Shown here one piece after another: positions 29,263-38,317 of a DNA stretch of 50,073 bases (position 1 is the stretch's first letter; every line of letters starts with the position of its first letter). The DNA comes from Lachnospiraceae bacterium (GTDB taxonomy: Bacteria > Bacillota_I > Bacilli_A > Erysipelotrichales > Erysipelotrichaceae): contig CAVKTV010000002.1 in the NCBI GenBank assembly GCA_963659075.1, positions 1 through 50,073 of the forward strand, read 5' to 3'. A program made the position numbers and the translations under genes. Under the pieces are notes generated by a model. That model searched no databases, was not told the origin of the DNA, and saw only the letters and a list, made by a program, of their open reading frames with translations.

Positions 29263-29902
29263 ATTGAATATGACCTCCTTCAACCAAATAGTTTCGAACA
29301 TGATCTTTATTTGTAATGCCAGTATGAGAAACTAAGAAGATTGTTTTTCCTTGTTTCACATACTCTTGGAACATCTGTTCCACAATCAAACAAGTTTCTT
29401 TATCCAAACCATTCATGATTTCATCCGCATAAATAATTTCAGGATCATTCAAGAAAGCACGAGCAACCATGACTTTCTTTTTCATACCTGTAGAAAAATC
29501 TTCTACAAGTGTTTTATCATTTTTAATTTCTAATTGATTTAATAATGTATTAATTCTTTTATCTAATTCATTTTTTGAGATATGAAAGATTCTACCAATA
29601 TAATAAAGATTCTCATAAGCAGTTAACTTATGATATAAAGAACGATCATCTGCAGTAACGATACCAATATGATTGAGGTATTCATTTCTACACTTTTCAA
29701 TATCTTTACCTTTATATAAAACAGTACCAGAATCAGGAAGCATCAAACCATATAACATCTTTAAATATGTACTTTTCCCACAACCATTCTTACCATTCAA
29801 CAAATGAATATATCCATCATCAAATGACATTGTGATATGATCTGATACAACTTTATCTCCAAAAGATTTAGTAATATTATCTGTTTGTATTATCGCTGTC
29901 AT
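29228..29902 (-). CDS. ABC exporter ATP-binding subunit (RiPP cluster)
   Basis: Walker A GKNGCGKST, signature FSTGMKKK, Walker B IIYADE and H-loop VSH. Confidence 0.93.
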   Translation of the reverse strand: MTAIIQTDNITKSFGDKVVSDHITMSFDDGYIHLLNGKNGCGKSTYLKMLYGLMLPDSGTVLYKGKDIEKCRNEYLNHIGIVTADDRSLYHKLTAYENLYYIGRIFHISKNELDKRINTLLNQLEIKNDKTLVEDFSTGMKKKVMVARAFLNDPEIIYADEIMNGLDKETCLIVEQMFQEYVKQGKTIFLVSHTGITNKDHVRNYLVEGGHIQYVESFDEIIED

Positions 29903-31178
29903 GAACTCTAAATACCCCACTTTCTATTTCTTCAGTAATATAACGCAGACGAATTAAATATGGCATCTGTACTTCCATGATTTCTTTACGACAAGATTGA
30001 GGAATATTCTCTACACTAGCATCGTAAAAACAACCACCATTACATAATGCTAAATATTTGCAATTGACACAAGATTCAAATGTTTTGTTTGAAAAAGAAA
30101 CAAGTTTTTCAATATATAGCATTCTATTGTGTTGAATATCATTATAATCACAAATCTTAAATTCAGATACACCTAAAGCTGAAATGCATTTATAAATATC
30201 ACCATTAGGTGCGATTAATATGTCATTAGGTTCCTTCGCAATGCAAATTGGTGAAGGTATGATTTCAGTGGTGGAAATACCTTTTCTGATTTCCTTTTCA
30301 AGCAATTCTAAATAATTGCGATAGTATTGTTTTAGCTCGGGAATATGTTCTTTTGTATAGGAGGATTTTCCAAAAGGATGACACTCCATGCCATAGTTAA
30401 AAATAATACGAGGCTTCTCACAAAGAATATAATCTTTAAATTCGTTAATTAATAAATCAGTACTTTCATCAATATTGTCATAATTAGCTGTATCAATAAC
30501 AGAATTAATGATAATAGTAGCTTGTGTTTGTTCTAAAATTTTATGAATGTTAGAAATGCTTGCTTGGAAAGAATTGATGTTATTAGAAATACGTCTAGAA
30601 TTGTGAGTTGCTTCAGGACCGTCAATTGTAATTTGGATATGATTGATATTGTAACTGTTAATGAGATTTAAAACTCGTTGATCAATTAATGTTCCATTTG
30701 TTACAACACTATATGCAACATCTCCTATTTCTTCTTTGGCTATTTTTAATATTTGTTCGATATAAGGGATATTAAAAAATGGTTCACCACCAAATAAACA
30801 TACATTCAATTTATCAACATTGTGAAGTTCCATAAGATGCTTCCATTCAGTAACTCTTTCATGAGGATCCATTCTTTTATCTATTTCATGAATATTCTGT
30901 TGCATACAATAGACACACTTTAAATTGCATTTATATGAGAAAGCATCGGTTACCTGTAGAACAGATTTGTTTGCTTGTTTGATTGAATTGATAATATAGC
31001 GAGCAATGGAAGGACCATTAACATCCTCTGGAAGTAAGACACCTTCTGTAATAAGCTCTTTTTTAACTTCATCATCTATATCAATAGTTTCTAGATATTT
31101 AATGGCATCCGTATAAGGGTTGTACAATAAATAGCCTTTTTCATGTGGAATTATAAAAACATTATCTTTAAATTGCAT
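29877..31178 (-). CDS. Radical SAM/SPASM peptide maturase with an N-terminal RRE-like domain
   Basis: CNLKCVYC, FGGEP, TNGTL and ITIDG...H...R motifs; SPASM C..(NGDIYK)C..CVNCKYLALCNGGC..C; short N-terminal 'YLLYNPYT..ELITEGVL' domain; AGGAG before ATG 31178. Confidence 0.93.
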   Translation of the reverse strand: MQFKDNVFIIPHEKGYLLYNPYTDAIKYLETIDIDDEVKKELITEGVLLPEDVNGPSIARYIINSIKQANKSVLQVTDAFSYKCNLKCVYCMQQNIHEIDKRMDPHERVTEWKHLMELHNVDKLNVCLFGGEPFFNIPYIEQILKIAKEEIGDVAYSVVTNGTLIDQRVLNLINSYNINHIQITIDGPEATHNSRRISNNINSFQASISNIHKILEQTQATIIINSVIDTANYDNIDESTDLLINEFKDYILCEKPRIIFNYGMECHPFGKSSYTKEHIPELKQYYRNYLELLEKEIRKGISTTEIIPSPICIAKEPNDILIAPNGDIYKCISALGVSEFKICDYNDIQHNRMLYIEKLVSFSNKTFESCVNCKYLALCNGGCFYDASVENIPQSCRKEIMEVQMPYLIRLRYITEEIESGVFRVHDSDNTNR

Positions 31179-31198
31179 TTTGGTTCTCCTAATATTAA

Positions 31199-31227
31199 AA
31201 AGAAAAGGTGACATTACAAGTCACCCT
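31199..31227 (-). terminator. Attenuator/terminator hairpin between precursor and maturase
   Basis: Minus strand AGGGTGAC-TTGTAAT-GTCACCTT followed by TTCTTTT. Confidence 0.75.
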
Positions 31228-31231
31228 AAAA

Positions 31232-31309
31232 TTAATTGCGTTGTGATTTAATAGAGCATCCTTGAGCACAAACACGTACATCTTTAATTGCTTTTTCGAA
31301 TCTGCACAT
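31232..31309 (-). CDS. Putative RiPP precursor peptide MCRFEKAIKDVRVCAQGCSIKSQRN (25 aa)
   Basis: Perfect RBS AAGGAGGT 7 nt before ATG; first ORF of the rSAM operon; three Cys including CxxxC; followed by a stem-loop; absent from the ORF track. Confidence 0.85.
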   Translation of the reverse strand: MCRFEKAIKDVRVCAQGCSIKSQRN

Positions 31310-31366
31310 TTTAGAAACCTCCTTATTTTATTGAAGTATATACTTATCTTTCCTTAAGGTAATTCA

Positions 31367-31432
31367 ATTATAGGCGGCGAATAGTTGACTTTGAACTATC
31401 AGTTTGTTAGTCTTGCGATAACTAAAAGTTAT
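31367..31432 (-). promoter_or_regulatory. RiPP operon promoter with candidate LysR binding sites
   Basis: Minus strand TTCAAA(31395-31390)-N17-TATAAT(31372-31367); palindrome ATAACTAAAAGTTAT (T-N11-A) at 31418-31432, centred near -65; second inverted repeat ATAGTT-N7-AACTAT at 31381-31399 over the -35. Confidence 0.65.
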
Positions 31433-31449
31433 TACGAAGGTAGAAGCAT

Positions 31450-32280
31450 ATGTACAACAAATATTTAAAAACTTTTATTGAAGTAGCTGAGTATGGAAGT
31501 TTCACAAAAGCTGCAGAGCATTTATATATTTCTTCTGTGGGAGTGCAGAAACAGATTTCGAGCTTAGAAAAAGAATTAGATTTGAAATTGTTTGAAAGAA
31601 CAAAACAAGGGGTTGAATTGACTTACGCTGGTCAAAGAGTTTATAAGGATTCAAAGAAGTTAATCGAATTTTGTGATAATGAAATGGAAGCTATCAAGGA
31701 AAAAGAAAATAATTGTTTGAAAGTAGCGAATTTCATCATCAAAAATACAGACACAATAAATGAAAATATGTTAAAAAAATACAAAAAGAAGTTTATTATT
31801 CTTCCGTTTGTTTCTAAAGAGAAAAATGGTTTTGATGATATGGAAGAAGATGTGAAACAAGGTTTTGATGCTTTTATTTTCACTAAATTTGTTGATTCTT
31901 CAATGAAAGACTGGAATTATAAATATTTGTTTGATTCACCGCTTAAATTAATTGTTCCAAAAGGAAATGATTTATTTATGAAAAGAAAAATCAGTTACTC
32001 TGATTTAGAAAATACAAAAATATGTTTTTTTGCGAGAGGTTTATTGGAGGATTACGATAAGATTAGAGAAAAAATCAATCAAACTGTACCTAGTTTGAAG
32101 GCTATTGATTTTGAACCTGGAAAAATAACACTAAATGAAACTTTGAATATAATGGGGAATTATCCATTTGTAACAATTGATGGAATTGATTTTGTAGTAT
32201 CTAATAGTAAATCTATTCCTTTTTCATTTAATACAGATATTTCAATTGGACTTTATACAAAAACAAATTTCTTTGACTAA
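31450..32280 (+). CDS. LysR-family transcriptional regulator, divergent from the RiPP operon
   Basis: LKTF..VAEYGSFTKAAEHLYIS...V.KQISSLEKEL...LFERT..GV.LT.AG HTH; divergent substrate-binding domain. Confidence 0.93.
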   Translation: MYNKYLKTFIEVAEYGSFTKAAEHLYISSVGVQKQISSLEKELDLKLFERTKQGVELTYAGQRVYKDSKKLIEFCDNEMEAIKEKENNCLKVANFIIKNTDTINENMLKKYKKKFIILPFVSKEKNGFDDMEEDVKQGFDAFIFTKFVDSSMKDWNYKYLFDSPLKLIVPKGNDLFMKRKISYSDLENTKICFFARGLLEDYDKIREKINQTVPSLKAIDFEPGKITLNETLNIMGNYPFVTIDGIDFVVSNSKSIPFSFNTDISIGLYTKTNFFD

Positions 32281-32291
32281 TTAAAAACCAG

Positions 32292-33173
32292 TTAGTTTTC
32301 ATCTAACTGGTTTAAAAAGTTTGTTAATACATTACAGTAATGTTCATTTTGTTCCGCAAAACACATATGTCTAGCTCCGTCAAATAATTCCCATTGTGAA
32401 TGAGGGATATGATCAAACATTGTTTTGGCTACTAGTGGTGTACATAGATCATTTGTTCCTGACATGATTTGTGTTGGGACTGTAATTTCGTTTAAACTGT
32501 TTGTATATTCAAAAGCTTTGAGTGTTCCTGTTGGTGTATATTCGTTTGGTCCCCAACCATAGAGGTAACTTTCTGCACCACTCTTTTTCTTTCTTGTAAG
32601 ACATTCTGGATCAGTATCTTTGATACCTGCACAATGTTGTTTCATAAACACTTCATTTGCGTGTAGGTATTCTGGCTTATCCCAAATGTTATTTTCTTCA
32701 GCGTATTTGATTGCGTCTTGATCTTGTTTTGACATGAAAGTAATTAAACGATGTTGTTCTTTTGCCCATAAGGATGAGGAAGGTAATGTAGAAGATAATA
32801 CAATCCCTTTTACACCTTCTGGTTTTCTTTCAATCATATATTGGATAATCAACATGCCACCCCAAGATTGTCCTAATAAAATAACTTCTTTTAAATGAAG
32901 GTATTCTCTTAATGCGATGAGCTCGTTAATCCAAGTATCAGCGTTCCAAAGTTCTGGATGACCATCTAAATAACTATTTCCGCAACCTAATTGATCATAA
33001 GAAATGACTTTTCTTCCAGTTTCTGCGATACAATCTAACATTTCCATGTAGTTGTGTGTAGAGCCTGGTCCACCATGAATTAATACGATTGGTGTTTTAT
33101 CTCCACCATCTACAATACGATAATATGTTTGATATTCTAAATATGGCATGTAGCCTTCAATAATATTTTTCAT
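32292..33173 (-). CDS. Proline iminopeptidase-like peptidase (S33, alpha/beta hydrolase)
   Basis: HGGPG, YDQLGCG, GQSWGG nucleophile, G..D and terminal H. Confidence 0.9.
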   Translation of the reverse strand: MKNIIEGYMPYLEYQTYYRIVDGGDKTPIVLIHGGPGSTHNYMEMLDCIAETGRKVISYDQLGCGNSYLDGHPELWNADTWINELIALREYLHLKEVILLGQSWGGMLIIQYMIERKPEGVKGIVLSSTLPSSSLWAKEQHRLITFMSKQDQDAIKYAEENNIWDKPEYLHANEVFMKQHCAGIKDTDPECLTRKKKSGAESYLYGWGPNEYTPTGTLKAFEYTNSLNEITVPTQIMSGTNDLCTPLVAKTMFDHIPHSQWELFDGARHMCFAEQNEHYCNVLTNFLNQLDEN

Positions 33174-33193
33174 GCGAATATTTTAATATAAAT

Positions 33194-33763
33194 TTATGAG
33201 TTTTTTAATACTGCTGGGATAGAATGTGTAAATATCATTGAAATATAATCTACAAGTTGTTCTGTTGATCTTTGATTTGGTTCAGAGAATATAGATACAA
33301 GTGTAGAAGCTAATGCTTCTGTATAGAATTCAATTAAGAAGTTAATGAAATCTGTTGAAAGTGTTGGATTTAATTCGTCTTTTAAACCATTGATGATTTT
33401 AGATACAACATCCATAAAGTCTTTTTTAAAGAATCGTTTCATTTCTTCTCTACCAATACTAGAATATGCACAATTTAAAATGTGTGCATTTTTTTGTACA
33501 TAAGAAATGGTGAAGGAAACAGCTTCTTCATAATCTAATAGAAAGTCATAACTTTTTACGATTTCAATTGCTTCTTTATCGAGTATCCATTTCAATAGAT
33601 CATAGATATCTTGAAAGTGATAATAGAAGGTCTTTCGATTTACATTACATTCTTTGATTAATTCAGTCACTGTAATTTTATTCAGTGGCTTTTTCTGCAT
33701 GAGCTGTTTTAAAGTTTCTGCGAGTAAGTTTTTTGTCTGCAACGATGCTTCTTCATGTGTCAT
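33194..33763 (-). CDS. TetR-family regulator
   Basis: KPLNKITVTELI.EC.VNRKTFYYHFQDIYDLL HTH; divergent from the MMPL operon. Confidence 0.93.
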   Translation of the reverse strand: MTHEEASLQTKNLLAETLKQLMQKKPLNKITVTELIKECNVNRKTFYYHFQDIYDLLKWILDKEAIEIVKSYDFLLDYEEAVSFTISYVQKNAHILNCAYSSIGREEMKRFFKKDFMDVVSKIINGLKDELNPTLSTDFINFLIEFYTEALASTLVSIFSEPNQRSTEQLVDYISMIFTHSIPAVLKNS

Positions 33764-33943
33764 AAAATCACCTCGGTTTTATTATACATGTGTGTAGTAA
33801 ATCTTAAACCAACAATACAAAGCATATGAGTAATAATTTGGTCCACAAATGATATGTGTTTGTCCGTATTTACACATCTGTACCATATTTGTCCGTTTTT
33901 TTACCTTGAAATAAAAACTATATTTTTGTGCGAAGGAGGAAGT

Positions 33944-34252
33944 ATGTGGGAAAAGAAATATTGTATAGAGATGCAAGCACCATTGGGTATTCGAATGGGC
34001 ACACTTCTATTAAGAAATGAAAATGGATGCTTGGAAGGAACACTATATTTTTTAGACAAAGAAGAAAAGATGGTTGGCGTTCTTCGAGATGATGGTGTGA
34101 TTAAATTAAAAGGAATGATGACAACTGCAGTACGTTCTTTTCCAGTTTATCTTGAAGGAAATATAGTAAATGATGAATTGAATTTAATTGTGAAAAATCA
34201 TAAAAGAGAAATACATATAAAAGGAAAAGAAGTACATGAAGAAATTTTATGA
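33944..34252 (+). CDS. Small hypothetical beta-rich protein, first gene of the MMPL operon
   Basis: AAGGAGG before ATG 33944; M.APLG...G.L pattern; overlaps the next gene. Confidence 0.7.
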   Translation: MWEKKYCIEMQAPLGIRMGTLLLRNENGCLEGTLYFLDKEEKMVGVLRDDGVIKLKGMMTTAVRSFPVYLEGNIVNDELNLIVKNHKREIHIKGKEVHEEIL

Positions 34253-36299
34253 AAAGATAACAAATCATCAAAGATTGATCGTAGTGTTGTTTCTTGTGCT
34301 AACTGTAATATGCACGTTTGCGAAATCTTTGATATCTGTCAATTATGATATGACAGATTATTTACCAGAAGATAGTGCATCAACAGTTGCGCTAGATTCG
34401 ATGAGTGAAGAATTTGATCAAGGTATTCCAAATGCGAGAGTTATGTTGAAAGATGTAAGTGTCGCAGAAGCATTGGAATATAAATCGAAGATTGAAAATA
34501 TAGATGGTGTTACAGCAGTGACTTGGTTAGATGATACATGTGATATCAACGAACCGCTTGAAGTTATGGATCAAGATACTGTTGATTCATATTATAAGGA
34601 TGGAAATGCGTTATTCACTGTCACAATTGATGAAGATAAAAGAATTGATGCGTGTGATGAAATTAGAACAGTTATTGGCAACGATAACGCGATGACTGGT
34701 AGCGCTGTTTCTACTGCTACTGCGACAACTTCAACCGTAACAGAAATTCCAAGAGCAGCAGTCTTTGCGGTTCTATTTACATTATTAGTGTTGTTTATGA
34801 CAACAACATCTTATGTAGAGCCACTTGTAGTTATGATTGGACTTGGCGTCGCTGTCATGATCAATGCGGGAACGAATCTTATTTTTGGCGAAATATCATT
34901 CGTTACAAATGCGGCAGGTAATATTTTACAGTTGGCAGTTTCGTTGGATTATTCTGTATTCTTATTACATCGTTTTGAAGAATACAAAGATGATTATGAT
35001 GATCCTAGAGACGCAATGGTATATGCATTAACAAGTTCACAATCTTCTATTTTATCGAGCGGATTAACAACAGTTATTGGTTTTATTGCCTTGTGTTTAA
35101 TGCAATTTAGAATTGGACCAGATTTAGGACTTGCCTTAGCGAAAGGTATCGCAATTAGTTTGATTACAGTGTTTGTATTTATGCCTGCATTTATATTAAA
35201 AACATATAAATGGATCGATAAAACAAAACATAAAAGTTTTTTACCAACATTTGAAGGCTTTTCTAGATTTGTTACAAAGATGATGATTCCTTTCGCAATT
35301 ATATTTGCGGTTTTGATTGTTCCATCTTATTTGGCATCTAATAAGAATGATTTCTATTATGGATCATCCCATATATTTAATGAAACAACACAATATGGAA
35401 AAGATACACAAGCAATTGAAGATGTATTCGGAAAGAGTGATAACTATGTGTTGATGATTCCAAAAACATCTACCGCAATAGAGAAAGAATTATCAGATGA
35501 ATTACATGATATGAAACAAGTAACAAGTATCATATCTTATGTTGATACAGTAGGTGAAACAATACCTGAAACATATTTGGATACAGATACGTTATCTAAA
35601 TTGAATTCAGAGAATTACACAAGAATGGTTTTAAATGTAAGTGTAGATTATGAAGGCGATGAGACGTATTCATTGATTGAAGATATTCGTGATACGGCAG
35701 AAAAATATTATCCAGGAGAATGGTTATTGGCAGGTGAAGGTGTATCTACATTAGATTTAAAAGATACTGTTACTGCAGATATGGTGAAAGTAAATCTTCT
35801 GGCAATTGGTGCAGTCGTTATTGTACTTTTATTGACAATGAAATCTATTTCTCTACCTATATTATTAGTAGCTTCTATTGAAACAGCGATATGGATTGGA
35901 TTGTCTATTCCTTATTTTACTTCTTCTAACTTATTCTATATAGCGTACTTGATTATTAGTTCAATTCAACTTGGCGCAACAGTCGATTACGCAATCTTGT
36001 TAACTGAACGTTATTTAGAATATCGACAAGAATACACGAAAAAAGTAGCAATCCAAAAAACAGTACAAGCAGTTACTGCTTCTATATTAACTTCATCGAT
36101 TGTATTAACAGTCGTTGGATTCTTACTTGGATTCTTATCATCCCATGGACTATTGGCACAACTTGGTATGTTATTAGCGAGAGGAACAATTTGTTCATTT
36201 TTGATCGTATTGTTTGCATTGCCAGGATTGTTATATATATTTGATAAATTAATTCAAAAGACATCTTTAAATATGAAATTGAAAGAGGAAAAAGAATGA
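34236..36299 (+). CDS. MMPL/RND-family membrane transporter
   Basis: Two repeats of 1 TM + loop + 5 TM; YLP.D, LQLAVSLDYSVFLL.RF and QLGATVDYAILL..RY motifs. Confidence 0.9.
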   Translation: MKKFYEKITNHQRLIVVLFLVLTVICTFAKSLISVNYDMTDYLPEDSASTVALDSMSEEFDQGIPNARVMLKDVSVAEALEYKSKIENIDGVTAVTWLDDTCDINEPLEVMDQDTVDSYYKDGNALFTVTIDEDKRIDACDEIRTVIGNDNAMTGSAVSTATATTSTVTEIPRAAVFAVLFTLLVLFMTTTSYVEPLVVMIGLGVAVMINAGTNLIFGEISFVTNAAGNILQLAVSLDYSVFLLHRFEEYKDDYDDPRDAMVYALTSSQSSILSSGLTTVIGFIALCLMQFRIGPDLGLALAKGIAISLITVFVFMPAFILKTYKWIDKTKHKSFLPTFEGFSRFVTKMMIPFAIIFAVLIVPSYLASNKNDFYYGSSHIFNETTQYGKDTQAIEDVFGKSDNYVLMIPKTSTAIEKELSDELHDMKQVTSIISYVDTVGETIPETYLDTDTLSKLNSENYTRMVLNVSVDYEGDETYSLIEDIRDTAEKYYPGEWLLAGEGVSTLDLKDTVTADMVKVNLLAIGAVVIVLLLTMKSISLPILLVASIETAIWIGLSIPYFTSSNLFYIAYLIISSIQLGATVDYAILLTERYLEYRQEYTKKVAIQKTVQAVTASILTSSIVLTVVGFLLGFLSSHGLLAQLGMLLARGTICSFLIVLFALPGLLYIFDKLIQKTSLNMKLKEEKE

Positions 36300-38128
36300 A
36301 AACAATTAAGAGAATTGGGTTATGTAGTTTAAGTGCTTTATTGTTGATGCCTTGCGTTACAGTAAAAGCAGAAGAAACAAATGAAAAAGAAGAAGTTATA
36401 TATGTTATGATGGATTCTAATGGAAATCAGAAAAGCACAAATGTTGTAAATATATTTGATGGTGGAGATATCGTAGACTATGGAAATTATAGTTCTGTTA
36501 AGATGCTTACAACAAATGATGTAATATCACAAAATGGAGATGAAATCACATTTCATTCAGATGCGGATAGAGTTTATTATCAGGGAACAATGGATAATCC
36601 AGAAATTCCTTGGAATATTGAAATCAAGTATTATATGAATGATGTAGAATATACACCATCTGAAATTGCTGGAAAAAGTGGCGATTTGAAAATTAAGTTC
36701 GTTGTAACGAAAAATGAGAATTGTGATAAAGACTTTTATGACAATTATGCATTACAAGCCTCCTTTACTTTAGATACAGATCAATGTAGTGATATTGATG
36801 CGGAAGGTGCAACAATCGCTAATGTAGGTAACGATAAACAATTAACATATACGATTCTTCCTGGAAAAAGAATTGATACAGAAATCACAGCGACTGTGAA
36901 AGATTTTGAAATGGATGCGGTAAGTATCAATGGTGTGAAACTAAATCTAAATGTTGATATTGATACTTCAGAATTAACAGATAAAGTATCTGAGTTGATT
37001 GACGCAACAAATGAATTGAATGATGGGGCTTCTACTCTAGCAGATGGAACGTCTTCTGTATCTGATGGAACAGGAAGCGTAAAAGATGGTGTAGGTTCCG
37101 TGTATTCTGGAGTGGAATCTTTAGATGAAGGTATTGCGTCTTTGCGATATGGTGTAGGAGCAATGCAGAATGCGTTGAGTACTTTAAGTAGTAATTCTAC
37201 AACCTTAACAAGTGGCTCAACAGAAATGAAGAATGCATTGGATGAATTGAATACAAAATTAAGTGCACTTTCTTTAGATACACAACAATTACAACAATTA
37301 GTTGATGCGAATGGTAAGATTGCGGGAGGAATCGCAGAATTGTATAAACAGTCAACCCAACTAAGTGAAAATGCAACCACTTTAAGCACACAAAATACAA
37401 ATACAGCTAACGCATTGAAAGCATATGCGGAAAAATTAGATCAAGAAAATCAAAAAGAACTAGTTACTCAACTTAATAACACAGCTACTTTATTAGAAAC
37501 TAATAAGCAAGTACTTGGAGGTGTACAACAATTATCAGAAGGATTGAAATCTTTGAATGAACAATATGGACAATTTACTAGTGGAATGAATTCATTAGTT
37601 GATTCATTGAATGTCATCGTAGGAAATATGAATCAATTAAAAGAAGCAGTATCTACGATATCTGAAAAATATCAATCATTAGATTCTGGTGTTCAAACAT
37701 ATACAGACGCTGTTAACTCTTTGAATGAAGGGTTTGGAAATATCACAAGTGGTGTGAGCCAATTGGCGAGTGGAAGTAAGAACTTATTGGATGGCACAGG
37801 AACATTGAATTCTGGTGTATCTGAATTATATGATGCAACACAACAACTATGTGATGGAGCTACTACTTTAGCGAATGGTACAAATACAATGAATGAAGAA
37901 GTATCAGGAATGGATACAGAAATTGATGATAAGATTGATGAAGTTTTAGATTCTTTACAAGGTACTGGTGAAGTTGTTTCTTTTACATCTGATAAGAATA
38001 CGAATGTAAAGAGTGTTCAGTTTGTACTAAAAACAGATGAAATTAAGAAAGCAGAAACAGAGGAAGTAGAAGATACTACAGAAAAAGAAGAAAGCTTTAT
38101 TGATAAACTAAAAGCATTATTTGAGTGA
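36296..38128 (+). CDS. Secreted coiled-coil protein with xxxLxxG heptad repeats (YhgE/Pip-like), MMPL partner
   Basis: Signal peptide ending VKA-E; KEEVIYV N-terminal motif; LNDGASTLADG-type heptads on both sides of a long helical hairpin; SVQFVLKT C-terminal motif. Confidence 0.75.
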   Translation: MKTIKRIGLCSLSALLLMPCVTVKAEETNEKEEVIYVMMDSNGNQKSTNVVNIFDGGDIVDYGNYSSVKMLTTNDVISQNGDEITFHSDADRVYYQGTMDNPEIPWNIEIKYYMNDVEYTPSEIAGKSGDLKIKFVVTKNENCDKDFYDNYALQASFTLDTDQCSDIDAEGATIANVGNDKQLTYTILPGKRIDTEITATVKDFEMDAVSINGVKLNLNVDIDTSELTDKVSELIDATNELNDGASTLADGTSSVSDGTGSVKDGVGSVYSGVESLDEGIASLRYGVGAMQNALSTLSSNSTTLTSGSTEMKNALDELNTKLSALSLDTQQLQQLVDANGKIAGGIAELYKQSTQLSENATTLSTQNTNTANALKAYAEKLDQENQKELVTQLNNTATLLETNKQVLGGVQQLSEGLKSLNEQYGQFTSGMNSLVDSLNVIVGNMNQLKEAVSTISEKYQSLDSGVQTYTDAVNSLNEGFGNITSGVSQLASGSKNLLDGTGTLNSGVSELYDATQQLCDGATTLANGTNTMNEEVSGMDTEIDDKIDEVLDSLQGTGEVVSFTSDKNTNVKSVQFVLKTDEIKKAETEEVEDTTEKEESFIDKLKALFE

Positions 38129-38135
38129 TTTGTTA

Positions 38136-38283
38136 TTGACAGATTGAAAAAATATGATAATATATGTCAGCGTTATCAAATACCATAGACAGTAACGGCG
38201 GAAGCTTAATTATGTTACCGAGGTGAATGAAAGCTAACTATTAGACTTTAATGCCCTCGTGAATTCCGCGAGGGCTTATTTAT
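38136..38283 (+). promoter_or_regulatory. rplJ promoter and L10 leader (L10-L12 autoregulatory RNA)
   Basis: TTGACA 38136 with TGnTAATAT; AGACAGTAAC..TTAA..GTTACCGAGG motif; terminator GCCCTCGTG..CGCGAGGGC with T-rich tail. Confidence 0.8.
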
Positions 38284-38317
38284 GTGTATGCGATAACTAG
38301 AAAAGAAAGGTGATTGA

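Noticed and set aside
29877..31178. rSAM enzyme as an anaerobic sulfatase maturase or SCIFF maturase
   Set aside because: No sulfatase gene is nearby and the upstream peptide has three Cys in 25 aa rather than the SCIFF pattern; the linked exporter fits a secreted peptide.
26463..33173. Flanking proline-specific peptidases as RiPP leader peptidases
   Set aside because: Both lie in separate transcription units, look like ordinary housekeeping peptidases, and the precursor contains no proline. Only co-occurrence data could revive the idea.
36296..38128. Methyl-accepting chemotaxis protein or phage tape-measure protein
   Set aside because: It has a cleavable signal peptide and no MCP signalling motif, there are no phage genes nearby, and the heptad pattern and MMPL linkage explain it.
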